Virus record (IMG/VR): IMGVR_UViG_3300020731_000012
Span: 31,827-95,826 of that record
Strand: one strand, 5' to 3'
Length of the DNA: 64,000 bases
Source of the DNA: a virus
In this document: in pieces, positions 39,668-49,584 of the stretch
Position numbering within the stretch: position 1 is the first letter of the stretch
Layout of the letters: every line of letters begins with the position of its first letter
The notes under the pieces: model-generated
Told to the model about the DNA's origin: nothing
The model's input: only the letters and a program-made list of their open reading frames with translations
Database searches by the model: none
Made by a program: the position numbers and the translations under genes

Positions 39668-41130
39668 CAGTAAAATTGGTGATTCGAGATGAAGTTAATA
39701 TTAAATTAGAAGGCCTTCCATTAGAAGCAAGGAAAAAATTAGCCAACACATTTAAGTATGAAATCCCTTATGCTCGGTATCATCCGGCATTTAAATTAGG
39801 TCGTTGGGATGGAATGGTTAGTCTATTTGGACTGGGCGGAAATGGTTATCTTAACCAGTTAGAAACTATATTGGGCATACTGAGTAAGATGAATATTTCT
39901 ATTGATGAAATAGAAGATCTTAGACTGACGCCAAAAATATCATTCACTCCTGTAACAGAAACCTATTGGGCAGATCAAGGAAAAGTATGGCCTAAAGGGC
40001 ACCAACAAGAAGGTCAGCCTATCATGTTGCGTGATTATCAAGTTGAAGCAATCAATACATTTTTAGAGAATCCTCAGGCCCTACAGGAAATCGCAACAGG
40101 TGCAGGCAAAACAATTACCACTGCAACATTAAGTCAATTATGCGAAAGTTTAGGACGTACTATCACTATCGTTCCTAACAAATCATTAGTAGAACAAACA
40201 GAAGAAGATTTTGTCAATGTAGGTCTAGATGTAGGAGTTTATTATGGGGATCGTAAAGATCTCAATAAAACTCATACAATCTGTACTTGGCAAAGTTTGA
40301 ACATTTTAGATAAGAAAAGCAAAAATCATGAGCATGATATTGTAACTTTGGCAGAATTTCTCGATAGAGTTAAGACTGTTATTGTTGACGAAGTACACAT
40401 GGCCAAAGCCGAAGTTCTAAAAAATCTGCTCACACAAAATTTATGTAATGCGGCAATTCGTTGGGGACTTACTGGAACAGTTCCTAAGGAAAAATTTGAA
40501 AGCGAAAGCATATTTGCTTCAATTGGTCCAGTAGTTGGTGGTATCAAAGCACATGAATTACAAGAAAAAGGTGTGCTATCAAATTGCCACGTGAATGTGG
40601 TACAGATGATAGATTTACCAGAATTCACTTCATACGCAGAAGAATTAAAATATCTTGTCACAGATGAAGACAGGATGATCTATATCTCAAAATTAATCAA
40701 AAAAATATCAGAAACAGGCAATACATTAGTTCTAGTCAATAGAATTGATTCAGGCAAATTTATTATTAATGAACTAGAAGAGGCAGTGTTTATTTCAGGC
40801 GAAGTCAAAACTACAGCCCGTAAGGAAGAGTATGACGAAATTAAAACCAGTGATAATAAAATCATTGTTGCAACATACGGTGTCGCCGCTGTTGGTATCA
40901 ATATACCTAGGATTTTTAATCTGGTTCTCTTGGAGCCCGGTAAGTCCTTCGTAAGAGTTATTCAATCAATCGGTCGTGGCATACGTAAAGCAGAAGACAA
41001 AGATTTTGTACAAATATGGGATTTAACATCTACATGTAAGTACGCAAAAAGACATCTTACTGAGCGTAAGAAATTTTACAAGGAAGCCAAGTATCCTTTC
41101 AATATTGAAAAGATAGACTGGCAAAAATAG
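39664..41130 (+). CDS. uvsW: SF2 DNA helicase UvsW
   Basis: G.WDG, LRDYQ, ATGAGKT, DEVH, GLTGT, G.NIP, QSIGRG.R. Confidence 0.93.
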   Translation: MTVKLVIRDEVNIKLEGLPLEARKKLANTFKYEIPYARYHPAFKLGRWDGMVSLFGLGGNGYLNQLETILGILSKMNISIDEIEDLRLTPKISFTPVTETYWADQGKVWPKGHQQEGQPIMLRDYQVEAINTFLENPQALQEIATGAGKTITTATLSQLCESLGRTITIVPNKSLVEQTEEDFVNVGLDVGVYYGDRKDLNKTHTICTWQSLNILDKKSKNHEHDIVTLAEFLDRVKTVIVDEVHMAKAEVLKNLLTQNLCNAAIRWGLTGTVPKEKFESESIFASIGPVVGGIKAHELQEKGVLSNCHVNVVQMIDLPEFTSYAEELKYLVTDEDRMIYISKLIKKISETGNTLVLVNRIDSGKFIINELEEAVFISGEVKTTARKEEYDEIKTSDNKIIVATYGVAAVGINIPRIFNLVLLEPGKSFVRVIQSIGRGIRKAEDKDFVQIWDLTSTCKYAKRHLTERKKFYKEAKYPFNIEKIDWQK

Positions 41131-41134
41131 ACGT

Positions 41135-41641
41135 ATGCAGATTTTAACATTAGAAGACCAAGCGTTTTCTCTAAACAATTTACCAGATGAGGTTGATGAA
41201 AATACTAGGTTTGCAGTATTAGATAATAGCAATCCGGCAGAGCCAGATTTCTTTTTCATGCCATTGATTTTCTTAGAAAGTTTCAATGCACCTGCAATGG
41301 TATTGCGTATAGGAGAAGACGAAGTTACTATGCCTATAGACTGGTGTATAGCAGTGGGTGATAGTCAAAGTGGGTGTGATATTGAAATCCTACCACTGAC
41401 TAGTTTAAATGATCGCGGATTTGAAGCACTATGTTTTAATCCACTAAGTTCATTTAGAGTAGAATTTAAAAAGGTAGAAATCGTGAATTTCTACAATGAT
41501 GTCAAATGGTATTTTCCTAAAATGAAGAACGGACAGTTGTTAGCTACACCTACACGTAACGGTAGTAAACCTAGCTGTGCATACTTTGTTAAAGAAATAT
41601 CAAGACAAAGTGAAATTATTCAATTGGACAAATTATTATGA
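41135..41641 (+). CDS. conserved hypothetical protein
   Basis: 168-aa beta-rich ORF in replication operon. Confidence 0.55.
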   Translation: MQILTLEDQAFSLNNLPDEVDENTRFAVLDNSNPAEPDFFFMPLIFLESFNAPAMVLRIGEDEVTMPIDWCIAVGDSQSGCDIEILPLTSLNDRGFEALCFNPLSSFRVEFKKVEIVNFYNDVKWYFPKMKNGQLLATPTRNGSKPSCAYFVKEISRQSEIIQLDKLL

Positions 41642-42282
41642 CACTTAGAGTAGCTTATTTTCAACCAACAATCATAGCCATTGACGATGTACCAGCTATC
41701 GAATTCAGCAAGTTATATAACCTGACAGAAGACCTACACGGGCACCCTGAACTAAACGACAGCGAAAATCCGTTGATTAGTATTCGTGGAGGCCAACAGA
41801 TACAAGTTTATCCTAATGAGTTAGGAATCGATGTAGGCTGGTTGGTCAAGTGGTTAGAACAGGCCTGCACCGGATACTTAAAGTTGGTGTCAGATCAAAG
41901 CGGCGCTGAAGAACTCAAGATGCTGAAACCAGTTATAGTGAGCATTTGGACTATTCAACAAGGCCCAGATCAGTATCAAGAAATACACACACATCCGTTG
42001 GGCAATCTTAGCGGAAACATTTATATCAGTGCTCCTGAGCTAGCAGAAGGCAGTTCACCTAGCGATGGTCATATTGCATTTCGTTTGCCGCAGACTAAAG
42101 ACATTGGCAAATTTATCATGAATGATACATGGAAATATGCGCCTACTCCTAGTACTATGATCTTATTTCCAAGCCATGTACCGCACATGGTTTATCCCTG
42201 GAAAGGTTCTGGAAAAAGAACTGTAGTAGCTTTTGATGCTAGACTTGTACCCAAGGAGGATGCAGACAATGGGCAGTCTTAA
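41638..42282 (+). CDS. 2OG-Fe(II) oxygenase (TIGR02466-like)
   Basis: IRGGQQ...WTIQQ...YQEIHTHP..LSGNIY...LFPSHVPHMVYPWKG..KR.VVAFD. Confidence 0.85.
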   Translation: MTLRVAYFQPTIIAIDDVPAIEFSKLYNLTEDLHGHPELNDSENPLISIRGGQQIQVYPNELGIDVGWLVKWLEQACTGYLKLVSDQSGAEELKMLKPVIVSIWTIQQGPDQYQEIHTHPLGNLSGNIYISAPELAEGSSPSDGHIAFRLPQTKDIGKFIMNDTWKYAPTPSTMILFPSHVPHMVYPWKGSGKRTVVAFDARLVPKEDADNGQS

Positions 42283-42553
42283 ACCCGGCGTAACATACAT
42301 ATACGAACGTGACGGTAACACCACGTATGCTAGAGAGTTTGGTGCCGATCCTAGTACTCGGCAGGCAATAGGTTGGGATTACGACCCAGAAGAATCAAAA
42401 AGATTTGATGTACGAACTGGCGGACAAAAAGAATTAGATGATCACAACGAATGGATCAAAATTCGACTGGCGGCAAAAACCAATCCCGCTTTACAAAAGG
42501 CCGTAGATCGTGTTAAAATGTTGTATAAACTGAGTCAAGAAAAATATGAGTGA
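42269..42553 (+). CDS. hypothetical protein
   Basis: Start ATG 42269 after AAGGAGG; MGSLKPGVTYIYER. Confidence 0.6.
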   Translation: MGSLKPGVTYIYERDGNTTYAREFGADPSTRQAIGWDYDPEESKRFDVRTGGQKELDDHNEWIKIRLAAKTNPALQKAVDRVKMLYKLSQEKYE

Positions 42554-43025
42554 TAAAATTGAGCTTAAAGAAAAGATCGCATTTGTTGATCTAAATGCCA
42601 GAGCCGTTTGGGATGAAATGACGCCCGAACAGCAAAAAAGTCTCAAGAGCGAATTCTTTATTCTCAATAGATATATCAGCAATGTCCAAGGACAAAAACG
42701 TGAAATACAGGAACATTTTGTCCTTACTGTAAATGAATATTTCAACAAACACTGGTCACTATTACAAAAGCATCCTAAACTGTTATGGTTGTTGTTGTGC
42801 ATGTGTAGTTGGAATGGTGAAGCTACTTTCTTTCATCAATGGTTAGGTAACAAGAAGAAAGAAGGTGCTGGTGGTAAGAAGTTAAAATTCTTACAAGAAA
42901 TATATCCTAGTAAGAAAAATGACGAATTAGAATTACTAGCAGATATATCAACAGACAAGGAAATTAAAGAACTAGCACGTAAGCATGGCATGGATGAAGC
43001 TACGATTGCTAAGAAATTAAAATGA
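42546..43025 (+). CDS. clamp-loader small subunit (T4 gp62-like)
   Basis: F..FILNRYIS...VNE..N.H......HP.L.W..L...F.QW....K pattern and size. Confidence 0.6.
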   Translation: MSDKIELKEKIAFVDLNARAVWDEMTPEQQKSLKSEFFILNRYISNVQGQKREIQEHFVLTVNEYFNKHWSLLQKHPKLLWLLLCMCSWNGEATFFHQWLGNKKKEGAGGKKLKFLQEIYPSKKNDELELLADISTDKEIKELARKHGMDEATIAKKLK

Positions 43026-43714
43026 TGGCGCTAGCTGAACAACCGTATATCTGTCAACATTGTAATAAAGGGTTTATGCAAGAAAAAACCCTGTTCGTAC
43101 ATGTTTGCGAACAAAAACGTAGATATCTAGCTCGTACAGAAAAACATGTGATATTAGGGTTTGATACATTTAATCGATTTTATAAACTGACTCAGAACCT
43201 TAAAGGTGAAAAGACCTACGAAGAATTTAGCAAGAGTCCTTACTACAATGCCTTTGTAAAATTTGGCAGTTTTGTCAGCAATGTCAATCCATTATATCCT
43301 GACAAATTCATTGATTATGTAGTACGTAGTGGAGTTAAATTAGATCATTGGTGTAGAGATTCTCTTTACGATGACTATGTAGTGCATCTAATTAAGAGTG
43401 AACCAGTTGAAGTGGCATTAGAACGTAGTATCAGTCATATGTTAGCATGGGCTAACGATAACAATGCACAATGGAATCATTATTTTCATTATGTAAGCCT
43501 AAGTCGTGCAACATTTGACATCAAAGATGGTAAAATAAGTCCGTGGTTAGTATTGAATAGTTCCAGCGGTAAGACTATGATAAAGAAATTTAATGACGAA
43601 CAGCTGATGGCAATTAATGTAGTTATGGATGTGCCTTTTTGGTTAAACAAATTTAAAAAATTACCTGCCGATGTAGAATTAGTCAAGCAAGTAGTTAAGG
43701 AAAGTGATTTATAA
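43022..43714 (+). CDS. zinc-finger-containing hypothetical protein
   Basis: N-terminal YICQHCNKGF..EKTL..H.C (C2H-C finger). Confidence 0.6.
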   Translation: MMALAEQPYICQHCNKGFMQEKTLFVHVCEQKRRYLARTEKHVILGFDTFNRFYKLTQNLKGEKTYEEFSKSPYYNAFVKFGSFVSNVNPLYPDKFIDYVVRSGVKLDHWCRDSLYDDYVVHLIKSEPVEVALERSISHMLAWANDNNAQWNHYFHYVSLSRATFDIKDGKISPWLVLNSSSGKTMIKKFNDEQLMAINVVMDVPFWLNKFKKLPADVELVKQVVKESDL

Positions 43715-44286
43715 TGCCAGATATTGACCTAGATTTTGCCGATAGGACTCGTGCATTAGATGTGTTAAAACATATCGATGCCAGTCTAGATGGCACTACT
43801 AAAAAGCACAATACTGGAGTATACTGTACTGCTATTCCGTATAATCCTCTTACAGGAATAAGTACTATTGATTATAAAACTGCTGAAGATAGAGGATATT
43901 TTAAGATAGATTTTTTAAATGTCAGCGTATATGAAGGTGTAAAAAATAAACAACATCTTACACAATTATTGGAGACAGAGCCTTTATGGGATCTATTACT
44001 AGAAGACGAATTCGTGAACAAGCTCTTTCACGTCAACGGGCATGGTTCTATCTTGAGACAGGTCAAACCTACCTCGATAGAACAGTTGGCCGCAGTTTTA
44101 GCTATGATTCGCCCAGCGAAACGTTATCTGATTGGGAAAGACTGGACTACGGTGATGAGCGAGATATGGACGAAACCGGAAGGGGATGAGTATTATTTTA
44201 AAAAGGCACACGCTGTTGCCTACGCACATGTAATTGTTGTGCAGATGAATTTAATTTGTGAAAATTTACTTAACTTTTCTGACTAA
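43714..44286 (+). CDS. miniature DnaE/Pol III alpha (family C) palm-domain protein
   Basis: PDIDLDF, KHNTGVY, GYFKIDFL, LAAVLAMIRP, YYFKKAHAVAYA in DnaE order within 190 aa. Confidence 0.8.
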   Translation: MPDIDLDFADRTRALDVLKHIDASLDGTTKKHNTGVYCTAIPYNPLTGISTIDYKTAEDRGYFKIDFLNVSVYEGVKNKQHLTQLLETEPLWDLLLEDEFVNKLFHVNGHGSILRQVKPTSIEQLAAVLAMIRPAKRYLIGKDWTTVMSEIWTKPEGDEYYFKKAHAVAYAHVIVVQMNLICENLLNFSD

Positions 44287-44640
44287 CTGAACACTTTTAC
44301 GCTTGACACGTTTAAGTGTTAAATTCATTAGATTTACAACAGGCCCTAACACAATGCGGGCATCTTTGCTGTTGAATGTTTTAATAGCATAGGCAAAAGG
44401 CCGTATTTGATCTCGACAAAATATATTAATAGGAAACTGTCGATTTGACTCCCACCACCAAGTTTCACCTATTTGTAAAAAAGCCGCTTTTTCTTCAGGA
44501 CTACGTATAGAATTTAAGTCATAGAAGCTGGTGACAAATTGATCCTGGTTTATAATGATGCCAACATACTCATCTTCGCCGTAGTTAATAACGCTGATAA
44601 ATGGTAAATTTTGTTCGATTTCGTCTCTTAGTTTTGCCAT
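44266..44640 (-). CDS. conserved hypothetical protein
   Basis: 124-aa ORF convergent with mini-DnaE, basic C-terminus. Confidence 0.6.
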   Translation of the reverse strand: MAKLRDEIEQNLPFISVINYGEDEYVGIIINQDQFVTSFYDLNSIRSPEEKAAFLQIGETWWWESNRQFPINIFCRDQIRPFAYAIKTFNSKDARIVLGPVVNLMNLTLKRVKRKSVQLVRKVK

Positions 44641-44665
44641 AAATACTATTAAAGGTTCCTGCCAT

Positions 44666-45532
44666 ATGCAAAAAGTTCAAAGTTATTTATATCCAAATAG
44701 AATCATTGTTACAGCTGATCTGGCAGGATTTACTGTGGAGTATAAAAACGTGTATCAACGACAAGTGAAAATTTATAAAGGCGTACCTAACGTCATAGAA
44801 TTCGACATTAAGAATGCGGATCAGAAACGTATTGATTTAACAACTGTATCAAGTATTAGTCTTAATGTTATGGACGCTGGAGGTAAGGCCTTGACTAACA
44901 GTCCTTATACTGTTACTCCTAATACTCCCCTAACTGGAATATGCACAGCGACTATACCAGCTAATGACTTAGCTAGTTTAGGACATCAATTTTTAACCTA
45001 CAGCTTAACTGCTGTCATTAACGGTGTTACTACATTACTCTATGCAGACAGTAGATTCGGAGCTACAGGCACTTTTGAATTGGTTGGTTGGGCAACACCC
45101 CAAACTAGAGCCAGCGGAGTGTACAATACGTTTACAGGAGAAATTGATTTTGCTGGAAATGTACAACATCGAAGTTCGGCGATACCTGCTAAATTCTATG
45201 AAGCTGTACCTACAACTAGTTTAACTTTTGCTGTAGATATCAGCTCGGGATTTTTAGGCACAGTATTTTTAGAAAGCACAACTGACATGACTGTAGCTGT
45301 GGGCAGTTGGCAAAATTCTACAAAAACTACCATTTTTGATAACACAGCAAGTGGTACGCCTACGTCAGCGGAAAGTGTTGTTACTATCACCCAAACAGTT
45401 GGAACAGCCAACTATTTCCGATTAACTTGGATGTGGCCATCAACTACTACAATGAGTTCTTATATAAACACCTATGGCGGATTTGGCTCAGATACTGGGC
45501 CCGGAAAGGTTGTTTCTGTCACTGTTTCATAG
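44666..45532 (+). CDS. hypothetical virion protein
   Basis: Thr-rich beta composition; TAAATA upstream. Confidence 0.5.
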   Translation: MQKVQSYLYPNRIIVTADLAGFTVEYKNVYQRQVKIYKGVPNVIEFDIKNADQKRIDLTTVSSISLNVMDAGGKALTNSPYTVTPNTPLTGICTATIPANDLASLGHQFLTYSLTAVINGVTTLLYADSRFGATGTFELVGWATPQTRASGVYNTFTGEIDFAGNVQHRSSAIPAKFYEAVPTTSLTFAVDISSGFLGTVFLESTTDMTVAVGSWQNSTKTTIFDNTASGTPTSAESVVTITQTVGTANYFRLTWMWPSTTTMSSYINTYGGFGSDTGPGKVVSVTVS

Positions 45533-45544
45533 TATAATTAGGCT

Positions 45545-46510
45545 ATGAGCCTAATTGCGGATACACTACAAACTTATCTACCTACAAAGCGAAAACATAC
45601 TCCAAGTGGTTGGATAAGTTTTAACGCCCCTTGTTGCGATGACAAACGGCAACGCGGTGGATTTATTGTAAATGCAGGTGATGCTGTAAGTTATCACTGT
45701 TTTAACTGCGGGTTCAAATGCTCGTGGCAACCAGGCAGACACATTAGTCAAAAAATGAATAAGCTCATGCGTAACTTAAACATTCCAGACGATATTATAA
45801 ATCAATTACGATTAGAAGCATTAAGACTAGATCAAAACTCAACAGCAGAAGTTCGTAGTATTATCCCCAAGTTTGATCATCGAGAGTTGCCAATAGACAG
45901 TGCCGGCATCACGGGGTTACTAGATAATCCTCCCGAAAAATTAATACCTATTCTTGAATATCTAGTGAATAGAAAACTTTTTCCTGAAGATTATCCTTTC
46001 TATTGGACTCCTAAAATAGGGTTTAGCAATAGAGTCATTATACCATTTTATTATCAAGGTGAAATAGTTGGTTATACTGCTCGTGCCATAGGTGACGCTA
46101 CCCCTAAATATATTAGTGAACAACAACCAGGTTATGTGTTTAATTTAGACAATCAACACGATGATCGCGAGTTCGTAATTGTTGCTGAAGGTCCCTTTGA
46201 TGCAATAAGTATTGATGGGTGTGCGCTGTTAGGTGCTGAAATTAAAGACAGTCAAAACTGGTTATTAAAACAGCTAGGTAAAGAAATTGTACTAGTTCCA
46301 GATAGAGATAAAGCAGGACAAGCAACTCTAGAGCAGGCATTAGAGTACGGGTGGTCGGTTAGTATGCCCGATTGGCCCGACGGTGTTAAAGATATTAATG
46401 ATGCTGTAATTAAATTAGGACGACTAGCAACACTTTGGTTAATAGCGTCAGCTAAAGAGACAAGTAATCTTAAGATACAACTAAGAGCAAAAAAATGGTT
46501 CAACGAATAA
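45545..46510 (+). CDS. gp61: DNA primase (T4 gp61-like)
   Basis: Zn ribbon (PCC...YHCFNCG), RVIIPF...GYTAR, TOPRIM EGPFDA...PDRD.AG...KD.ND. Confidence 0.92.
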   Translation: MSLIADTLQTYLPTKRKHTPSGWISFNAPCCDDKRQRGGFIVNAGDAVSYHCFNCGFKCSWQPGRHISQKMNKLMRNLNIPDDIINQLRLEALRLDQNSTAEVRSIIPKFDHRELPIDSAGITGLLDNPPEKLIPILEYLVNRKLFPEDYPFYWTPKIGFSNRVIIPFYYQGEIVGYTARAIGDATPKYISEQQPGYVFNLDNQHDDREFVIVAEGPFDAISIDGCALLGAEIKDSQNWLLKQLGKEIVLVPDRDKAGQATLEQALEYGWSVSMPDWPDGVKDINDAVIKLGRLATLWLIASAKETSNLKIQLRAKKWFNE

Positions 46511-46611
46511 TCAATTTTATTTTAAAGCCTTGGCGAATGTGGCAGGAAAATCGTAGACTTAATAAACGGTTGGAAGAGTTGCGGAAACGTGATCCTTTTA
46601 TCTACAAATGA
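46495..46611 (+). CDS. 38-aa peptide MVQRIINFILKPWRMWQENRRLNKRLEELRKRDPFIYK
   Basis: Not in ORF track; fills the primase-carbamoyltransferase gap; TGA overlaps the carbamoyltransferase ATG (ATGA). Confidence 0.7.
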   Translation: MVQRIINFILKPWRMWQENRRLNKRLEELRKRDPFIYK

Positions 46612-48080
46612 TCAGTTGGGGTATAAGTGGAAACAGCCACGATGCGGCGCTGGCGGTATTTGCTGACGAAAAACTAGTTTTTGCCAGTCATAGTGAACGT
46701 TATAGCGGTCAAAAGAACGACAGAGACTTGTGCAAAGAATTAGTAGCCGATGCTAAACGATTTGGCTATCCTGACCGTGTGTACTGGTATGAGCAACCTT
46801 TTAAGAAAACCCTACGCCAATTATGGGCTGGGCAAGGTTGGAAACGCCGTGATAATGATATTGATATTTACATGGCTAGATATGAAATTGATGCACCAAT
46901 CACATATACCGACCATCATCTTAGCCATGCCGCTGGTGGATACTATACAAGTGGATTCAATAAAGCGTGTGTTGTAGTAATAGATGCTATTGGTGAATTT
47001 GAAACTTTTACTATCTGGGAGGGGGAGGGAACTAAACTCAAAAAAAGATTCAGCAAGTCTTACCCATACAGCATGGGGTTGTTCTATAGTGCTATGACCC
47101 AGCGAGTAGGATTGAAACCTAATGAGGACGAATATATTTTAATGGGCATGGCCGCATACGGTGATGCCGATAAACATATTGGTCGTATGTATGAAGATTT
47201 TTTTAAAGGACGTTTTGACAGTTTCAAAATGAAAAGAAATCTTCATAGGGGATGTATGGACTGGGCCCCTGATTTGATTATAAAAGACAGTTTTGATATA
47301 GCGGCGGCTGTACAACTCTTGTATGAAGAGTGGCTCGATGAAATACTGGTCAAAGCAAGACTAATGGTAGACAGCGACAATTTAGTTCTAATGGGCGGCT
47401 GTGCCTTGAATTGCAGTGCTAATAGATTGACGGGAGAATACTACGGTAAAACGTGGATTTATCCAAACCCGGGCGATGCGGGTAGTGCTATAGGAACGGT
47501 ATTAGCACATAATCCGCATTATAAAGACTATACTGATTGGTCCAACAATTTCTTGGGTCATGATATGGGCTATCGTTCTTCTAATGAAGAAATTGTAGAA
47601 TATATTATACAAAATAAGATATGCGGTGTTGCTCGCGGCCGGGCAGAATTTGGACCACGGGCATTAGGTAACAGAAGTTTACTGGCAGACCCCCGGGGGG
47701 ATGATATAAAGGATAAAGTAAATGCAATCAAACAACGTCAAGAATTTAGACCCTTTGCTCCGGCAATACTCGAAGAGCTTACTGATATGTATTTCGATAT
47801 GCCTCACGGTTGGGATAACAGTAGGTATATGCAGGTCATCGCTCGTTGTAGGCATCCTCAGCTTTATCCTGCCATCGTTCATCGTGATGGAAGTTCACGT
47901 GTACAAACTGTTCCGAACGATGGAAGCCCGTTTAGACAACTCTTAGAATTATGGTATGCCCGTACTGGATGTCCTATGTTACTCAACACTAGTTTAAATA
48001 TCAAAGGACACCCTATGGTAAATGATCATGCCGACGCAAAAAACTTTGAACGCCATTACGGTGTTAAAGTGTTTAATTAA
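46608..48080 (+). CDS. carbamoyltransferase (NodU/CmcH/TobZ family)
   Basis: HDAA, HHLSHA, IDAIGE, MGMAAYG, GGCALNC, PGDAG, EFGPRALGNRS, FRPFAP, H.DGS.RVQTV, LLNTSLN. Confidence 0.95.
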   Translation: MISWGISGNSHDAALAVFADEKLVFASHSERYSGQKNDRDLCKELVADAKRFGYPDRVYWYEQPFKKTLRQLWAGQGWKRRDNDIDIYMARYEIDAPITYTDHHLSHAAGGYYTSGFNKACVVVIDAIGEFETFTIWEGEGTKLKKRFSKSYPYSMGLFYSAMTQRVGLKPNEDEYILMGMAAYGDADKHIGRMYEDFFKGRFDSFKMKRNLHRGCMDWAPDLIIKDSFDIAAAVQLLYEEWLDEILVKARLMVDSDNLVLMGGCALNCSANRLTGEYYGKTWIYPNPGDAGSAIGTVLAHNPHYKDYTDWSNNFLGHDMGYRSSNEEIVEYIIQNKICGVARGRAEFGPRALGNRSLLADPRGDDIKDKVNAIKQRQEFRPFAPAILEELTDMYFDMPHGWDNSRYMQVIARCRHPQLYPAIVHRDGSSRVQTVPNDGSPFRQLLELWYARTGCPMLLNTSLNIKGHPMVNDHADAKNFERHYGVKVFN

Positions 48081-48097
48081 ATGTTATAATAGAATAT

Positions 48098-49531
48098 ATG
48101 CCACAAAATACAGATTACAGTTACGATATACAAAAATTATACCTAGAAATGATGCTAGCAGATGCGGCAACATTTGTTCGTTGCCAAAGCATTTTTGATG
48201 CCAGCTTGTTTGATCGAAGATTACAAACGCCAGCAGAATTTATCAACAAGTATGTTGAAGATCACAATGTTATGCCTACACAAGATATTGTAAATGCGGC
48301 AACTGGTAGTGATTTTAAGGTGTCACAAGACTTGCGTGAAGAACATTTTGATTGGCTGTTGTCTGACTTTGAAACATTTATTAGACATAAAGGCCTAGAA
48401 AAAGCTATTCTCGAATCAGCTGATCTGCTTGAAAAAGGTGAGTATGGTCCTGTAGAAGAAATGATTAAAAAAGCGGTACAGGTGGGTCTAACCAAGGACA
48501 TGGGCACTGATTATTTCTTAGATCCACGTGCTCGATTGATGCGTATCAAAGACAATAATGGACAAGTGTCAACTGGTTGGAAGGCCATGGATGACAAATT
48601 GTTTGGTGGTATGAATCGCGGAGAACTGAATATTTTTGCAGGCGGATCAGGAGCAGGAAAATCGCTATTTTTAGCAAATTTAGGTATCAACTGGGCTCTT
48701 GCAGGTTTGAACGTAGTGTACTTAACTCTTGAACTTTCAGAAGAACTTGTCAGTATGCGTATGGATGCCATGGTGACTGGAATGGCCACTAGAGAGATTT
48801 TCAAGAATTTAGATGACGTAGAAATGAAGGTCAAAATGGTGGGTAAAAAATCTGGATCTTACCAGGTAAAATACATGCCAAGCGGTAAAACTGCCAATGA
48901 CATTCGTGCATACTTGAAAGAGTATGAAATTAAAATGGATCGAAAAGTCGATGTACTACTAGTTGACTATCTAGACTTGCTGATGCCACAAAGCAAGAAG
49001 ATCAGTCCAGCAGATTTGTTTATTAAAGACAAATATGTCAGTGAAGAATTACGAAACCTAGCGGTTGAAAAGAACTGTGTGTTTGTGACTGCGGCCCAGT
49101 TGAATCGTGGTGCTGTTGAAGAAGTTGAATTTGATCACAGTCATATTTCAGGTGGTTTAAGTAAGATTCAAACGGCAGATAATGTATTTGGTATCTTTAC
49201 AAGTCGAGCTATGCGTGAACGTGGTCGTTACCAAATTCAGTTGATGAAAACACGTTCATCAAGCGGAGTTGGACAAAAAATTGACCTAGAGTTTAACATT
49301 GACAGTCTGCGTATCAGCGACCTAGCTGATGAGGAAAGTTATGGTAATTTGAACAGTCAATCAGCTGGATCAACACTATTGAATTCAATTAAACAACGTC
49401 AAACTGTCAACACTTCAACTGGTGAAATTAGTGATCCTGCTAGTGGTATAGCAGTTCCAAAAGTTCGTGCTCAAGTAGAATCGAGCAAGCTGAGAGAACT
49501 GCTTAATAATCTTCCAGGCGATGATATCTAG
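48098..49531 (+). CDS. gp41: replicative DnaB-like helicase (T4 gp41-like)
   Basis: STGW...D....GG...GEL...AGGSGAGKS, TLELSE, VDYLDL, TAAQLNR, K...AD, KTR. Confidence 0.93.
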   Translation: MPQNTDYSYDIQKLYLEMMLADAATFVRCQSIFDASLFDRRLQTPAEFINKYVEDHNVMPTQDIVNAATGSDFKVSQDLREEHFDWLLSDFETFIRHKGLEKAILESADLLEKGEYGPVEEMIKKAVQVGLTKDMGTDYFLDPRARLMRIKDNNGQVSTGWKAMDDKLFGGMNRGELNIFAGGSGAGKSLFLANLGINWALAGLNVVYLTLELSEELVSMRMDAMVTGMATREIFKNLDDVEMKVKMVGKKSGSYQVKYMPSGKTANDIRAYLKEYEIKMDRKVDVLLVDYLDLLMPQSKKISPADLFIKDKYVSEELRNLAVEKNCVFVTAAQLNRGAVEEVEFDHSHISGGLSKIQTADNVFGIFTSRAMRERGRYQIQLMKTRSSSGVGQKIDLEFNIDSLRISDLADEESYGNLNSQSAGSTLLNSIKQRQTVNTSTGEISDPASGIAVPKVRAQVESSKLRELLNNLPGDDI

Positions 49532-49584
49532 GCATTTTTTGACAAAAGAGATAAGTACGTATATAATAATTTTATAAAACTGCC

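Noticed and set aside
43714-44286. dnaE pseudogene
   Set aside because: Intact coupled ORF with all three catalytic Asp and in-frame domain deletions; no frameshifted remnants in the flanks
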